The notes under the pieces: model-generated | Databases searched by the model: none | The model's input: the letters and a program-made list of their open reading frames with translations, nothing else | What the model was told of the DNA's origin: nothing | NCBI RefSeq assembly: GCF_900079115.1 | Contig: NZ_LT549890.1 | Span: forward strand, 2,160,001-2,192,000 | Reading direction: 5' to 3' | From: Saccharolobus solfataricus | GTDB lineage: Archaea > Thermoproteota > Thermoprotei_A > Sulfolobales > Sulfolobaceae | DNA: 32,000 nucleotides | Made by a program: the position numbers and the translations under genes | Shown here: positions 1 through 10,818 of the stretch, one piece after another | Layout of the letters: each line of letters opens with the position of its first letter | Position numbering within the stretch: the first letter of the stretch is position 1

Positions 1-26
1 TTAATATTAACTTTTATCATTATTTT

Positions 27-452
27 ATGGATAGGCCTTTAGTAGCTGTAGGTTGCCTTATTGTTGAAGAAAACAAGGTTCTTCTAGTCCAAAGGAAGAA
101 CCCTCCAAATGCTGGGTTATGGGCGATACCAGGCGGTAAAGTAGAGTACGGGGAAACGTTAGAAGAGGCGTTGAAGAGAGAGATGAGGGAGGAAACTGGA
201 CTTGAAGTAGCTGTGGGTAACATTATATCTATTGTACAAGTAATAAATGAAGGTTTTCACTACGTGATTCTAGACTTTGAATGCAAACCAATAGGCGGGA
301 ATCTTCGTGCCTCCACTGATGCCGTAAAAGTAGAATATGTACCTTTTGACAAATTAAATATTATACAAACTACAAAAACTACCTACGACATGCTGAGTAT
401 GTACTTTAGAGGAGAAAAGCCACCATATTTCATCATTCAAATCTCCAAGTAG
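27..452 (+). CDS. Nudix (MutT-family) hydrolase
   Basis: 141-aa ORF with a clear Nudix box, [26 protein letters not shown] (GX5EX7REUXEEXGU). Its 3' end overlaps the convergent cysS by 20 nt. Confidence 0.85.
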   Translation: MDRPLVAVGCLIVEENKVLLVQRKNPPNAGLWAIPGGKVEYGETLEEALKREMREETGLEVAVGNIISIVQVINEGFHYVILDFECKPIGGNLRASTDAVKVEYVPFDKLNIIQTTKTTYDMLSMYFRGEKPPYFIIQISK

Positions 453-1845
453 ATTTATCCTTACTGTCTAATATCCTTACTCCAGCCTTTAGTAATTCTT
501 CCCTTATCTTATCTGAAATTTCGTATAATTTCATCTGTCTCAATTGATTTCTTATATCTACAACTGCATCTATTATTTTATACATCTTATCATATGTGGG
601 ATAGAATTCTTCATCCATTACTCCAAATACTTCATTGAATTGTTTAAGGGTTTCGAAGGCTAACATAGCCCCAAGGAAATCTCTACTATATTGTAATGTG
701 GAGAATACTAATCTTACTATCTCGTGTATATATGATAAGGCTGTAGATGTGTCGAAATCATTACTCATGGCTGTATGGAAGTTATTTAGATTATTAAGTA
801 TCTCTCTATATACTTTGATATCATCATCTTTAACATAGAACTTAGGTCCCTCAGATATTACATCTCTAATTATTGCCATTGAATCTTTTATTCTCTGTAA
901 AGCGGATTTTGCTTGCTCTAAGGCTTCCTCAGAAAAGTCTATTGGTGATCTATAATGAGAGGTCAAATACCAATATCTCAAAACCGAGGGTCCCCATTTC
1001 TTTATAGCCTCATTTAATGGTATTATATTACCCAAGGATTTACTCATCTTTTCTTTTCTTATGGTTACAAAAGCGCTATGAACCCAGTATGTAACCCATT
1101 TCTCCCCAATTAATGCCTCAGTCTGAGCTCTTTCATTTTCATGATGCGGAAATATCAAATCAGCTCCTCCTCCATGAATATCAAATCTTTCACCTAGATA
1201 CCTAGTTGACATAGTTGAACATTCGATGTGCCATCCAGGTCTTCCCTTACCCCAAGGTGATTCCCAATAAGGTTCACCCGGCTTCCACGCTTTCCATAAT
1301 GCGAAGTCGTAGGAATGCTTCTTCTCCTTGACGAATTCTTCTCCTTGATTCCATTCTTCTTTTTTAGTGTTTGAAAGTTCCCCATAATTAGGATAAGTAT
1401 CAACATCAAAGTACACACTACCACTAGGCGCTACATATGCATGTCCCTTATCTATCAGTCTCTGTACGAAATCAATGATTTCCCTTATATGCTGTGTTAC
1501 ACGTGGGTGTATATCTATTTTGACTTTAAGTTGAGACAGCATATCTAAGTAATCCTTTGTGAAATAATCAACGATTTCATTCCAATCTTTTCCAATCTCT
1601 TGTGATTTTTTAATTATTTTGTCATCAATGTCTGTAATATTCTGAACTCTAATTACGGTATAGCCTCTTAACCTTAAATATCTTGAAATGGCGTCAAATA
1701 CCACGAAAGTTCTTCCATGACCTATATGAACATAGTCATAAACTGTAGGGCCGCAGACGTACATTTTCACTAGATTCGGCTCTACTGTACCAAATTCCTC
1801 TAGCTTTCTCCCAAGCGAATTGTATACCCTAATTCTAAAATCCAT
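433..1845 (-). CDS. cysS: Cysteine--tRNA ligase (class I aaRS)
   Basis: 470 aa. HIGH motif ([16 protein letters not shown]), KMSKS motif (KMSKSLGN) and the CysRS-typical WHIECS zinc/cysteine-binding segment. Confidence 0.95.
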   Translation of the reverse strand: MDFRIRVYNSLGRKLEEFGTVEPNLVKMYVCGPTVYDYVHIGHGRTFVVFDAISRYLRLRGYTVIRVQNITDIDDKIIKKSQEIGKDWNEIVDYFTKDYLDMLSQLKVKIDIHPRVTQHIREIIDFVQRLIDKGHAYVAPSGSVYFDVDTYPNYGELSNTKKEEWNQGEEFVKEKKHSYDFALWKAWKPGEPYWESPWGKGRPGWHIECSTMSTRYLGERFDIHGGGADLIFPHHENERAQTEALIGEKWVTYWVHSAFVTIRKEKMSKSLGNIIPLNEAIKKWGPSVLRYWYLTSHYRSPIDFSEEALEQAKSALQRIKDSMAIIRDVISEGPKFYVKDDDIKVYREILNNLNNFHTAMSNDFDTSTALSYIHEIVRLVFSTLQYSRDFLGAMLAFETLKQFNEVFGVMDEEFYPTYDKMYKIIDAVVDIRNQLRQMKLYEISDKIREELLKAGVRILDSKDKSTWRFE

Positions 1846-1857
1846 TATCTGTTCACA

Positions 1858-2748
1858 CTAGTTTATTTTAAATAAATTTGAAGTTAGTTGCCTAGCTTTG
1901 GGTATGTTATACAGCTTATCTGGTTTCTCGTTAAGTTTTTTAGCCATTTCAAGTGATGTAACTCCGGCTAGTGCAAGTAGACTAGAAATGTTTTTCTCAT
2001 CACTATTAAAATATGGTTTTATGACTATTGAGTTTAATACATCTTCAGTAATTTTGTCGATTTCTGAGCTTTCAACGATGACTGATACTAGAGAAGGTCC
2101 ATGAACATAGCTTTCTATTTCATTATGATTTATTTCTGGTATTTCGCCATAAAACGCAGGATGCTTAGCGTTCTCATTTATCTCTTGTTTGAATCTTTTT
2201 GCGATTGCTAAGTATTTTGACGAGTAAATTACAGGTATTCTGTTTATTAGTAATTCAGCTAATCGTGTAGCATCGGCCTTTATTTGTTCTTTGGCCTCTA
2301 TTACTCCTTCTTTTAATTCCATCTCGTTTATTTTGATACCTCTTCTTTTAGTAGTCATTTTTATTAAGGGTGTGAAAAGATATGGGAAAGCGTATCTAGT
2401 CTGAAAACCCGAAGGTATCTTGATAAGTTTTAAACTCTTCTCTTTAGCTAACTTTTCAAGTATTCCACCAGATGTTATTATTATAACTTCAGATCCAGCT
2501 TTTACTGCATTTTCTACATCATTTATCGTCTCTGAAGTAGTCCCAGAATAACTTACGGCTATTAGTGACTCTTTTCCCGTGAACTTTCTCTTAAAGGATA
2601 GTTCAACCCCTAAGATGTTTGCTATTTCTCCAACGATTCCACTCCCGCCAATTCCAGAGAACACTATGTTATCGTTCTTAATTTCATGAATGGGAATTCT
2701 AAATGCTTCATCAAACATTTTATCCCAATTAAGGTAAATTTCATCCAC
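1858..2748 (-). CDS. SIS-domain sugar isomerase, crenarchaeal bifunctional phosphoglucose/phosphomannose isomerase type
   Basis: 296 aa. SIS motifs [21 protein letters not shown] and IIITSGG. Size and layout match the ~300-aa archaeal PGI/PMI family. It lies 12 nt upstream of cysS on the same strand. Confidence 0.7.
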
Positions 2749-3178
2749 CTTTTATCACCACAGATATGGACATGGACGGAGGATTTGAGGACATATTAAT
2801 AGTTATCGTATCTATACCCAGCGATTTATTGTTTTGTTTTAGTACTATGATCATTTCTGAAATCGAGAACGCTAATGAATCTATTATATTCTCTATATTT
2901 TCTGAAAGTTTACTTTTAGAGATTATGGAGAAGACAGCTGGTTGTACTAGGTAACCGAAGATTGAGTTGACTCGCTGTGATATTTGAAAAGTGTAAGAGA
3001 GCACATCGTCCCATCTCTTTTCATCGATACTTTTAGAGAAGGATTCGAACAGAGATTTGGATTTTGATAGCTGGTTTTTTAAGAATCTTAAAAGATCTAA
3101 CTCATTTATTCCTAGTTCACTTTCATTTATTTTATTTAGTTCGACCATAGTATTATCTAATCTTTCAACAGCTTTCAT
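2741..3178 (-). CDS. Hypothetical protein (predicted helical), probably co-transcribed with the isomerase and cysS
   Basis: 145-aa ORF with no motif I recognise. It overlaps the downstream isomerase gene by 8 nt, and a TATA-like box lies upstream. Confidence 0.5.
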
Positions 3179-3195
3179 GTGTTATATTTTGACCG

Positions 3196-3207
3196 TAAAT
3201 ATAATAA
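3196..3207. promoter_or_regulatory. AT-rich TATA-like box in a 52-bp divergent intergenic region; could serve both flanking genes
   Basis: TAAATATAATAA is centred about 30 nt upstream of the ATG at 3231 and about 23 nt upstream of the minus-strand ATG at 3178. This spacing is typical of short-leader or leaderless Sulfolobales promoters. Confidence 0.4.
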
Positions 3208-3230
3208 GGTTTCTGTGGATTTAATCAGTT

Positions 3231-4556
3231 ATGGAAAGGCTTATTATTATAGGTGGTGGAGCTGCTGGAATGACAGCCGCCTCATGGGTTAGGAGGCTTA
3301 AGCCAAACATGCATGTAACAGTGTTCGAATCCACTAAGATGGTGAGTCATGCACCTTGTGGTATTCCCTATTTTACTGAAGGTCTCTTCGATGACGAAAA
3401 CCTATTCATGACCTACACTCCAGAATATTTTATTGAAAAGAGAAAGATAAATGTTAAGACAAATTCTAAAGTGGAAGAGGTAGATTTAAGGTCGAGAATT
3501 GTCGTGGTAAGAGAAAATCAAGAGAAAAGGAAATACGAATTCGACTATCTATTATTTTCCACAGGTGCTAGACCTAAGAAGATAAATGCAGAGGGAGATA
3601 GAATTTTCTATGTTCATCATCCTGCAGAAGCCTCTTATATAAGGCAAAAATTATGGAGTTTTAATAGGATTGCAATAATTGGTGGGGGTATATTAGGCAT
3701 AGAAATGGCTGAAGCATTAAGAGCTAGAGGAAAGAAAATAGTTTTGATTCATAGAGGGAGATATTTGCTCAATAAAATGCTAGATGAAGATATGGGTAAG
3801 ATCGTAACAGATAAGGTTGAAAGCGAAATAGAGCTAAAGTTGAATGAGAGTCTCGTAAGTGTAATAGAGGAAGGAAGAGTCGTAATAACAGATAAAGGAA
3901 AATATGATGTAGACGCCACTGTAGTTGCTATTGGAGTTGAGCCAAATATTGATCTAGTTAAAGATCAATTAAAAATAGGGCAGACTGGTGCCATATGGGC
4001 TGATAACCATATGAGAACTAGTGTCGAAAATGTTTATGCAGCTGGGGATTCTACAGAATCGATAAATATCATTACTAAAAAACCCGATTGGGTTCCTTTT
4101 GCACCAGTTGCGAATAAAATGGGTTTCGTCGCTGGAAATAACATAGGTGGTAAAGACGTGACTTTCCCTGGGGTAGTAGGAACAATGATAACTAAATTTG
4201 AAGAATTTATAATTGGTAAAACTGGTGTTACTGAGAACGAGGCTAAACGATATAACATTAAAACAGTTTCAGCAATAGTTCATCATAAGACTAGGGCTAG
4301 ATACTACCCTGGATCTAAAGACATTATAGTGAAGTTAATAGCTGAGGCTGACACTATGCGAATAATCGGCGCTCAGATTGTAGGAGAAGAAGAGGTTCTA
4401 GGAAGGCTAAACATGATGGCTGCTGTTATCCAAAAAGGTTTTACGGCAGAAGATCTATTCTTCGTAGAAACTGGGTATGTTCCACCCGTAAATAGGGTAT
4501 GGGACGTGGTTACTTTAGCAGCGAGAAAATTATTTTCCGGTATTAGTGGAGAATAG
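3231..4556 (+). CDS. FAD-dependent pyridine nucleotide-disulfide oxidoreductase (NADH oxidase / CoA-disulfide reductase family)
   Basis: 441 aa. N-terminal FAD fold IIGGGAAGMTAA, single redox cysteine motif SHAPCGIPYF, second Rossmann fold IIGGGILGIEMAE, and AAGD near the C-terminal part. Confidence 0.85.
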   Translation: MERLIIIGGGAAGMTAASWVRRLKPNMHVTVFESTKMVSHAPCGIPYFTEGLFDDENLFMTYTPEYFIEKRKINVKTNSKVEEVDLRSRIVVVRENQEKRKYEFDYLLFSTGARPKKINAEGDRIFYVHHPAEASYIRQKLWSFNRIAIIGGGILGIEMAEALRARGKKIVLIHRGRYLLNKMLDEDMGKIVTDKVESEIELKLNESLVSVIEEGRVVITDKGKYDVDATVVAIGVEPNIDLVKDQLKIGQTGAIWADNHMRTSVENVYAAGDSTESINIITKKPDWVPFAPVANKMGFVAGNNIGGKDVTFPGVVGTMITKFEEFIIGKTGVTENEAKRYNIKTVSAIVHHKTRARYYPGSKDIIVKLIAEADTMRIIGAQIVGEEEVLGRLNMMAAVIQKGFTAEDLFFVETGYVPPVNRVWDVVTLAARKLFSGISGE

Positions 4557-4630
4557 ATCTAGGTTTTATGAATGTTCTTTCAGTATTACCTCATATTTAA
4601 ATATTACTATAATAAAATATGATATGAAAG

Positions 4631-5752
4631 ATGCCTAAAAAGTTAGAGCTTCAAGTATTACTAAAGGACATAATCTCAAAGTATATTGTGAATTATTTAA
4701 GTTCCTCCAGTAATATAAGTCCTAATATCGAGAATCTAGTAGGAGAGGACGATAATAGGGGGATTTTGATTTCTCCTTTAAATGAATTTATCAGAACTGT
4801 AAGCTTCGAGAAACATAGCCAATCTTTGATTTATTCCTTAGACGGCAGTAGTAGAAGTTTTATCTCGTCTAAAGGTATTGTTAGTCTTGCATCTGTAGTA
4901 GTATCATCAACCATTTCTCCTATTTTAGGCGTCTATCCTCCCATTTCAGGTTTTCCAGAACTAGATCTGAAAAAGCCCTTTTTAGCTTTGGCCTCTTCAG
5001 CTCATCAGAGCCCCCTAATCCCTTTCTTTTATAGCTCCGAATATGTTACAACTTTATCTTTAGATGGTTCTTTCTTTACTTCAGTGAATTCTCCAGAGGA
5101 GATAGAAACTGAAATAAGAACAATACTTGAAACTGAAGCTCTTAAAAAAATACCAAATGATGGTTCTATTATATTAGATGGCCCCTTAATACCTCCGTTG
5201 ATTTTCTTAAGAAGTAAGCCTAGAGATGATATATTAAGTTTACGATTACAAGCCATCAAGGGGAGAAACGTAATTGGTATTGTTAAGAGGTTAGACAAAA
5301 GCCGATTATTAATCTCTAGCCTTTATAAATTATCCTCTAAATTTATGGAAAAATTTAGGGTTGATCCTAGTAGATATTTTAGTGATGAATCGTTTATACT
5401 TGATTTGCTCAAAGCTAATTTATCTCCTCCTTATTCTCCTATATCTTTAGGTCCCATATTAAGAAATATAGGTAACACGCCAGTCTATGTTAACTATTTG
5501 ATTTATCCTCTTCATCCCTACGTTTTCAAATTTGCCATATTGAGAGTAGAGAGTCTTAATAACGATTCCGGAGTAGTAGACCAGATATCTTCCTTAAAGT
5601 TTACTAAAGACGGTATTCCATTTATCCTTGCAATTGCTGATAGAACTGCAAAGGAGATAACAAATGCCATATTAAAGATTATTATGACCTCATTGGAGAG
5701 CATGGGGGTGCAAGCTAGTTTTTACAGTAAACTTGAGCAGGTGAGAATTTGA
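4631..5752 (+). CDS. NurA-like nuclease (paralogue outside a herA-mre11-rad50-nurA context)
   Basis: 373 aa. NurA-type acidic motifs LIYSLDGSS (Asp71, nt 4841-4843) and SIILDGPLIPP. The stop overlaps the start of the downstream HerA-like gene (TTGA). Confidence 0.65.
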   Translation: MPKKLELQVLLKDIISKYIVNYLSSSSNISPNIENLVGEDDNRGILISPLNEFIRTVSFEKHSQSLIYSLDGSSRSFISSKGIVSLASVVVSSTISPILGVYPPISGFPELDLKKPFLALASSAHQSPLIPFFYSSEYVTTLSLDGSFFTSVNSPEEIETEIRTILETEALKKIPNDGSIILDGPLIPPLIFLRSKPRDDILSLRLQAIKGRNVIGIVKRLDKSRLLISSLYKLSSKFMEKFRVDPSRYFSDESFILDLLKANLSPPYSPISLGPILRNIGNTPVYVNYLIYPLHPYVFKFAILRVESLNNDSGVVDQISSLKFTKDGIPFILAIADRTAKEITNAILKIIMTSLESMGVQASFYSKLEQVRI

Positions 5753-7578
5753 GCTCAGATGTTCCGTTATATAATGATATAAAGGATAGGATATCTAGGG
5801 CAAGAGCATTAGCCTTAACGTTGGGTGATTTGGTAGGAAAGGTTTCTAGATATATTCCTAACAAACTTGATGAGGAAAATAATGTCGTAAACGTAACTGT
5901 AGATCCGAATACTTACTATAAATATCCCTTTCTGGGTAAGATAGGTATCTTTTTGGGTGCTATAGATATAAAGACATTATATTTTGTTTTACTGAGAGTT
6001 ATAGGTTATGAAAGAAATGACGCATCATCTCTCTTTATGGGAGATTCTAATGTATTAAATAATATAGGATTAAGTGATGATGAACCGGGATCATTAATAA
6101 CTAATGTTACCCTAAGATGTGAAATGTTAACTAAGGTAGACTTTCTTTCCTCTTCTGAACCCGATGGTGCAGACATTATATTAGAGCCGCAATCACCGGT
6201 GATAATCCCTAAGGCGGAAGTTATAGAGAGATCTCTAGGTACTACTAGAGGATTATTAAGATTAGGTTTTTTAGATGTTGCATATAGTAAAGTTAGAGTA
6301 AGTACAAGCCTTGATGATCTGAATTTCCATATGCTAATATTAGGGACTACTGGAGCAGGTAAAACTTCATTTATAAAAGACTTAATAGCTGGTCTTAATG
6401 TAACTAATGAGGAAGGTAGTAAGATCTTTATCCTTGATGCTACCGGTGATTATTATCATATTTTCCTGCCTCCAGATAAATCCGATAAGGTAGTTATGAA
6501 AGGCGTAGAGGAATTTACTCAATTGTATGGGGCAATAGTTAAGGGCATCAATGTAGATATCATCTATCCTATCAGCAAATCCTGGGTAAAAAAGTATTTA
6601 GATGGTGCCAAATCTGCTGGGTCTATAACTAAAATGTACTTCGATATGTTTGTAAAACCAATACTTAACCATTTAAATAATAAGGGTATTTCCATTTACG
6701 CTTCCATAATAAATAATAAGATTATTATTTCCAATGCAGATTGGTCATCTCAAGTTACAGTTTATCCATTTTATTTTAGATTTAAAGATGTAAAGACAAT
6801 TTTACATAAGCTTAATCCTTATTTTACTGAGCAGGCGTCACATTTTATAAAAATAATGATAAGAAAAAAGGGTAAAGATATAGCAAATCTAGACGATTTG
6901 ATAGATCAATTTAATGAGAATAGTTTAGAAGGTGTCGAAATTCATAAAAGCACAAGAGAAAATATCGTTAGAGGCTTGTATTTGCTAAAGGAGACCCAAC
7001 TTTTCGATGTCGGTGTAGAGAGGTTTCCATTAGGTAAGATTCTTAAAGATTCTTCTTCATCTACACTAATTTTTGATCTATACAATAGTGAGCTTGATGA
7101 TTTCTCTCAGAAAATTTTAACATATTATTTCCTAGACCGCTTATTTGAATTTAGGGAGAGGCAAATGCGTAGTGGAAATGTGAAAGGAAGAAATGTGATA
7201 ATTATTGATGAGGCGCATAGGTTCTTTCCATCATCTAAAGGAGGTGAAGAGGATACCAACTATATTAGAAGGGTTGCGGGTAAAATAGCTACCATGATGA
7301 GATTGGGTAGGAGGAGGAAGATTGGTTTTGTGTTTGCCACTCATAATCCTAATGACTTAAGTGATATAATTATACAGTTAGCAAATACTAAGATTATATT
7401 TAGAATTAAGTCAGAAGTTGCTGAAGCTTTAGGTCTGTCTAAGACTGAGGCTAAGATATTAAACTGGGAGAGAAATGGTGTAGCCTATTTGCTGACACCT
7501 TGGCTTAGAGAAGGTAAAATTAAGATAAAAGCTCCGGTGCCTCCTCCATTAGGTCATTACGATTTGTCTAAAACATAA
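5749..7578 (+). CDS. HerA/FtsK-superfamily ATPase (HerA-like, DUF87 type)
   Basis: 609 aa. Walker A ILGTTGAGKTS (nt 6343-), Walker B VIIIDEAHRF (nt 7198-), and the HerA-like C-terminal FVFATHNPNDL...KIIFRI. The TTG start overlaps the NurA-like stop by 4 nt. Confidence 0.8.
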   Translation: MSSDVPLYNDIKDRISRARALALTLGDLVGKVSRYIPNKLDEENNVVNVTVDPNTYYKYPFLGKIGIFLGAIDIKTLYFVLLRVIGYERNDASSLFMGDSNVLNNIGLSDDEPGSLITNVTLRCEMLTKVDFLSSSEPDGADIILEPQSPVIIPKAEVIERSLGTTRGLLRLGFLDVAYSKVRVSTSLDDLNFHMLILGTTGAGKTSFIKDLIAGLNVTNEEGSKIFILDATGDYYHIFLPPDKSDKVVMKGVEEFTQLYGAIVKGINVDIIYPISKSWVKKYLDGAKSAGSITKMYFDMFVKPILNHLNNKGISIYASIINNKIIISNADWSSQVTVYPFYFRFKDVKTILHKLNPYFTEQASHFIKIMIRKKGKDIANLDDLIDQFNENSLEGVEIHKSTRENIVRGLYLLKETQLFDVGVERFPLGKILKDSSSSTLIFDLYNSELDDFSQKILTYYFLDRLFEFRERQMRSGNVKGRNVIIIDEAHRFFPSSKGGEEDTNYIRRVAGKIATMMRLGRRRKIGFVFATHNPNDLSDIIIQLANTKIIFRIKSEVAEALGLSKTEAKILNWERNGVAYLLTPWLREGKIKIKAPVPPPLGHYDLSKT

Positions 7579-7602
7579 ATACTATTGTACTAATTTAGAC
7601 TA

Positions 7603-7992
7603 GTGGAGTCTAACTTAGGAAATGTTATAAATACATTAAAGAGAAAGAAAGATAAGGAAGTTGTTATAGAGTTTTTGAAAACTATTAGGAAATACTTGCC
7701 ACCCTCAGACGACTTTTCCATAACATTATGGAAATCGGGAATTTACGAGTATATTCTAGATAGGAATGGTATAGCAATTATGAGAATAGCTGAAGACGAG
7801 TATCTGCCATATATGACAGCATATGAGAAAAGAATGGATTACTCACAACTTCCCGATAATCTTGTAAATAACCTTGATTGGAAAGGAATTTTAAGGCAAC
7901 TAAGGGATATTGCCTTGGAGTACGCAAAAAGAGATAAAAGTTTTGACAAGATAGCTGATATGGTTAATAATGTCATACTTGAAAATCTCTGA
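7603..7992 (+). CDS. Hypothetical protein, 129 aa
   Basis: ORF with a GTG start 24 nt after the HerA-like stop. It overlaps the next gene by 23 nt. I recognise no motif. Confidence 0.45.
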   Translation: MESNLGNVINTLKRKKDKEVVIEFLKTIRKYLPPSDDFSITLWKSGIYEYILDRNGIAIMRIAEDEYLPYMTAYEKRMDYSQLPDNLVNNLDWKGILRQLRDIALEYAKRDKSFDKIADMVNNVILENL

Positions 7993-8926
7993 TACTATTG
8001 TTGAAACATTTAGATTTATCCATTATGAACAGTCTAATTTTTTAAATAGGCTACATGGAGGTGATATGCTATTCTTCCTAGTGGAGACTGGTATGATATC
8101 TGCTTCAAAAGTTGCCATGGGTACTACGCTCTTAGCCTCGTTAGACGATGTTGTATTTAAGAAACCAGTTAGATTAGGTGATATAGTTAAAGTAAGGGCT
8201 AAGACGGTGTATATAGGTAATACATCCTTGGAAGTTGAAGTTAGAGCGTTTGTTAGAGATGAAGAAGTAGTTTCAGCTTATGCTACGTATGTTAAAGTTG
8301 ATGATCTATTAAGGCCCACTCCAGTTAACGTGAAGATTATGGCAGAGAGTGAAGATGATAAGAGGAAAATAGATGAGGCAAAGAAGAGAAGAGAAAATAG
8401 ATTATCTAAAATAGTAAATAGACAGAAGATGAGATTTTATGTTGATGATATTACTGATGGATTAAGATATAGGATAAGTAATGTGATTCATGTATCTCCC
8501 GAGCTGACATATGATGGAAGAATAATGTCTGCTGGTAAATTACTGAAACTTATGGATGATCTTGGAGGAATAATCTGCTTACGCTATTTAGATCATAACA
8601 GTAGTAATCTTTATGACAATTCTTTTAACGCCGTAGTTACAGTAGCAGTTAAGGGACTAGCATTTTACTCTCCAATAAGGCTTAATGATATAATCCTAAT
8701 TAGAGCCGGACTGGTTTATGTAGGTAATACCTCTGCTGATATTTTAATAAACGTGGTTAGGGAAGATCTGAACGGTGCAAAGGAACATGTAGCTACTGCG
8801 TACTTTACATATGTTAGAGTGGATAAGGATGGTAAACCTATAAAAATACCAGAATATACGCCCGTTACAGAAAGAGAAAAAAGGCTTTATGAGGAGGCAC
8901 TAACTCGTCGAGGTCTGCGTAAATAG
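7970..8926 (+). CDS. Acyl-CoA thioesterase with tandem hotdog domains
   Basis: 318 aa. Two repeats of the acyl-CoA hydrolase hotdog pattern (NRLHGGDMLFFLVETG...GNTSLEVEV and GKLLKLMDDLGG...GNTSADILI), separated by a charged linker. Confidence 0.75.
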   Translation: MSYLKISDTIVETFRFIHYEQSNFLNRLHGGDMLFFLVETGMISASKVAMGTTLLASLDDVVFKKPVRLGDIVKVRAKTVYIGNTSLEVEVRAFVRDEEVVSAYATYVKVDDLLRPTPVNVKIMAESEDDKRKIDEAKKRRENRLSKIVNRQKMRFYVDDITDGLRYRISNVIHVSPELTYDGRIMSAGKLLKLMDDLGGIICLRYLDHNSSNLYDNSFNAVVTVAVKGLAFYSPIRLNDIILIRAGLVYVGNTSADILINVVREDLNGAKEHVATAYFTYVRVDKDGKPIKIPEYTPVTEREKRLYEEALTRRGLRK

Positions 8927-9990
8927 AAATACAATAGGAATAACGAAAGCGCGAAAGAATAGAAGGAAATTTGGTAGCTTGACACTATATTATTGGTAGA
9001 ACCTGATAAGAATCCTCCAACAACATTAGCTATATCTTCACTTACATTGAATATTCCAATAATTGTTGCCTTATTTCTTTTTAATCCCTTTATTAATAGT
9101 GAGAAGAAAGAGATATTGTATATTGGAAAAAGTGGACCGAAAACTAGGAACAACAACATCGTACCTTCATATATTTTTAATCCCATAAGAATGATGTAAA
9201 CTATTGACATGACTATCAACGATCTAGCAAACGTCACTAGTAACATAAAATATTCTTCTTTTCCTTTAACTATGTTAATTCCCTTACTGTATATTAATTC
9301 TTCTATAATATAGAGAAAAGTATAACTAATAAATATTATATAAGATGGATTTAACATTAGATAGTTTAAAGGCACATATAAGGTATAGAATATTTCAGCT
9401 GCCATATTAAACCAGAAATAAGAGATAATTGGAATGAATAAAATTCTAAGTATTTTGTTTCTGTCAGCAACATCGTAATTAATCCCACCGTCATATTTAG
9501 GAATATGAATCATATTGAATGCAAGAGAAATTGAGAAGAATATGAGTATAAGGTAATCATTATGATAGAAAGCTGAAAGTAAACTACCTGTAACATTCCC
9601 AGCCAAAGATATTTGTGATAGTCTAGTATTTCCCAAAACCAACTTTTCTTGGGGAGTCGTTTCAAGTAGTATTGCTGAATATATAGGACCATCTAATGCT
9701 GAAACAAAACCGCTTAACTCGTAAGCGATTAATTTATTATAATGATATGTTAGGCCAATAATTATACCAAATAATGATAGTAATACAGCATACTCTTTTC
9801 TTAACCTTGTCTTATCAATAAGATACCCCCATATGTAAGATCCTAACGCATTTAACGCGTTATAAATCCCAGTAATTACACCTAATAAAATCAATGATTT
9901 GGTCTCGCTATAGAACTCTACGGGAAATAATAGACCTATCATTGTGAAGCTTGTTATGATAAAATACTGTCCAATATACTTTCTAATCAC
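8887..9990 (-). CDS. Polytopic membrane transporter (MFS-like)
   Basis: 367 aa, about 10-12 hydrophobic segments and no soluble domain. The 3' end overlaps the convergent thioesterase gene by 40 nt. The family assignment comes from topology only. Confidence 0.55.
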   Translation of the reverse strand: MIRKYIGQYFIITSFTMIGLLFPVEFYSETKSLILLGVITGIYNALNALGSYIWGYLIDKTRLRKEYAVLLSLFGIIIGLTYHYNKLIAYELSGFVSALDGPIYSAILLETTPQEKLVLGNTRLSQISLAGNVTGSLLSAFYHNDYLILIFFSISLAFNMIHIPKYDGGINYDVADRNKILRILFIPIISYFWFNMAAEIFYTLYVPLNYLMLNPSYIIFISYTFLYIIEELIYSKGINIVKGKEEYFMLLVTFARSLIVMSIVYIILMGLKIYEGTMLLFLVFGPLFPIYNISFFSLLIKGLKRNKATIIGIFNVSEDIANVVGGFLSGSTNNIVSSYQISFYSFALSLFLLYFYLRRPRRVSASS

Positions 9991-10028
9991 AATATTTCAA
10001 CTAGTAAAGCAAAACGTTAATAAGAGAT

Positions 10029-10808
10029 ATGGTAGTGTCTTATCATATGAGGTTTAAAGATAAAGTTATTCTAATAACAGGAGGTACTAGAGGGATAGGA
10101 AGAGCAATCACGGAAGCATTTTTAAGGGAGGGAGGATTACCAATAGTTCTTTATAATTCTGCAGAAGATGAAGCTAAAAAACTGAGAGAGAAAGGAGTTT
10201 TTACAATAAAATGTGATGTAGGAAACAGAGAAGATGTAAAAAAATCTAAGGAAATTGTGGAGAAGGAATTTAGAAGAGTTAATGTAGTAGTCAATAACGC
10301 AGGAATAATGCTCACAATGCCATTTGAGGAATTTGATGAGGAGAAGTACAATAAGATGATAAGAATCAATTTAAACGGTACAATATATACTACCTACGAG
10401 TTCCTTCCATTATTAAAGGCATCAGAGAACGGTGCAATAGTTAATATAGCCTCCAATGCTGGTATTGGGACTGCTGCCGAAGGTACTACATTTTACGCAA
10501 TAACCAAAGCAAGCATTATAATTCTCACAAAAAGATTAGCCTTTGAGTTAGGAAAATATGGAATAAGAGTTAACGCTGTAGCACCGGGCTGGGTAGAGAC
10601 TGACATGACCTTATCCGGAAAAAGCAAGGAAGAAGTTGAGAGGTTGAGGGATTTATTTAGGAATAAAACAGTTCTAAAAACTACTGGAAAGCCAGAGGAT
10701 ATAGCAAATATCGTATTATTCTTGGCAAGTAATGAAGCGAGATATATTACTGGACAAGTCATAGTTGCGGATGGTGGTAGAATAGACAATTTAACTCATT
10801 CATTATAA
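10029..10808 (+). CDS. Short-chain dehydrogenase/reductase (3-oxoacyl-reductase-like)
   Basis: [10 protein letters not shown] cofactor motif, NNAG, and the catalytic S...YAITK tetrad. The true start may be the ATG at 10047 ([13 protein letters not shown]). Confidence 0.9.
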   Translation: MVVSYHMRFKDKVILITGGTRGIGRAITEAFLREGGLPIVLYNSAEDEAKKLREKGVFTIKCDVGNREDVKKSKEIVEKEFRRVNVVVNNAGIMLTMPFEEFDEEKYNKMIRINLNGTIYTTYEFLPLLKASENGAIVNIASNAGIGTAAEGTTFYAITKASIIILTKRLAFELGKYGIRVNAVAPGWVETDMTLSGKSKEEVERLRDLFRNKTVLKTTGKPEDIANIVLFLASNEARYITGQVIVADGGRIDNLTHSL

Positions 10809-10818
10809 TCTTCTACAT

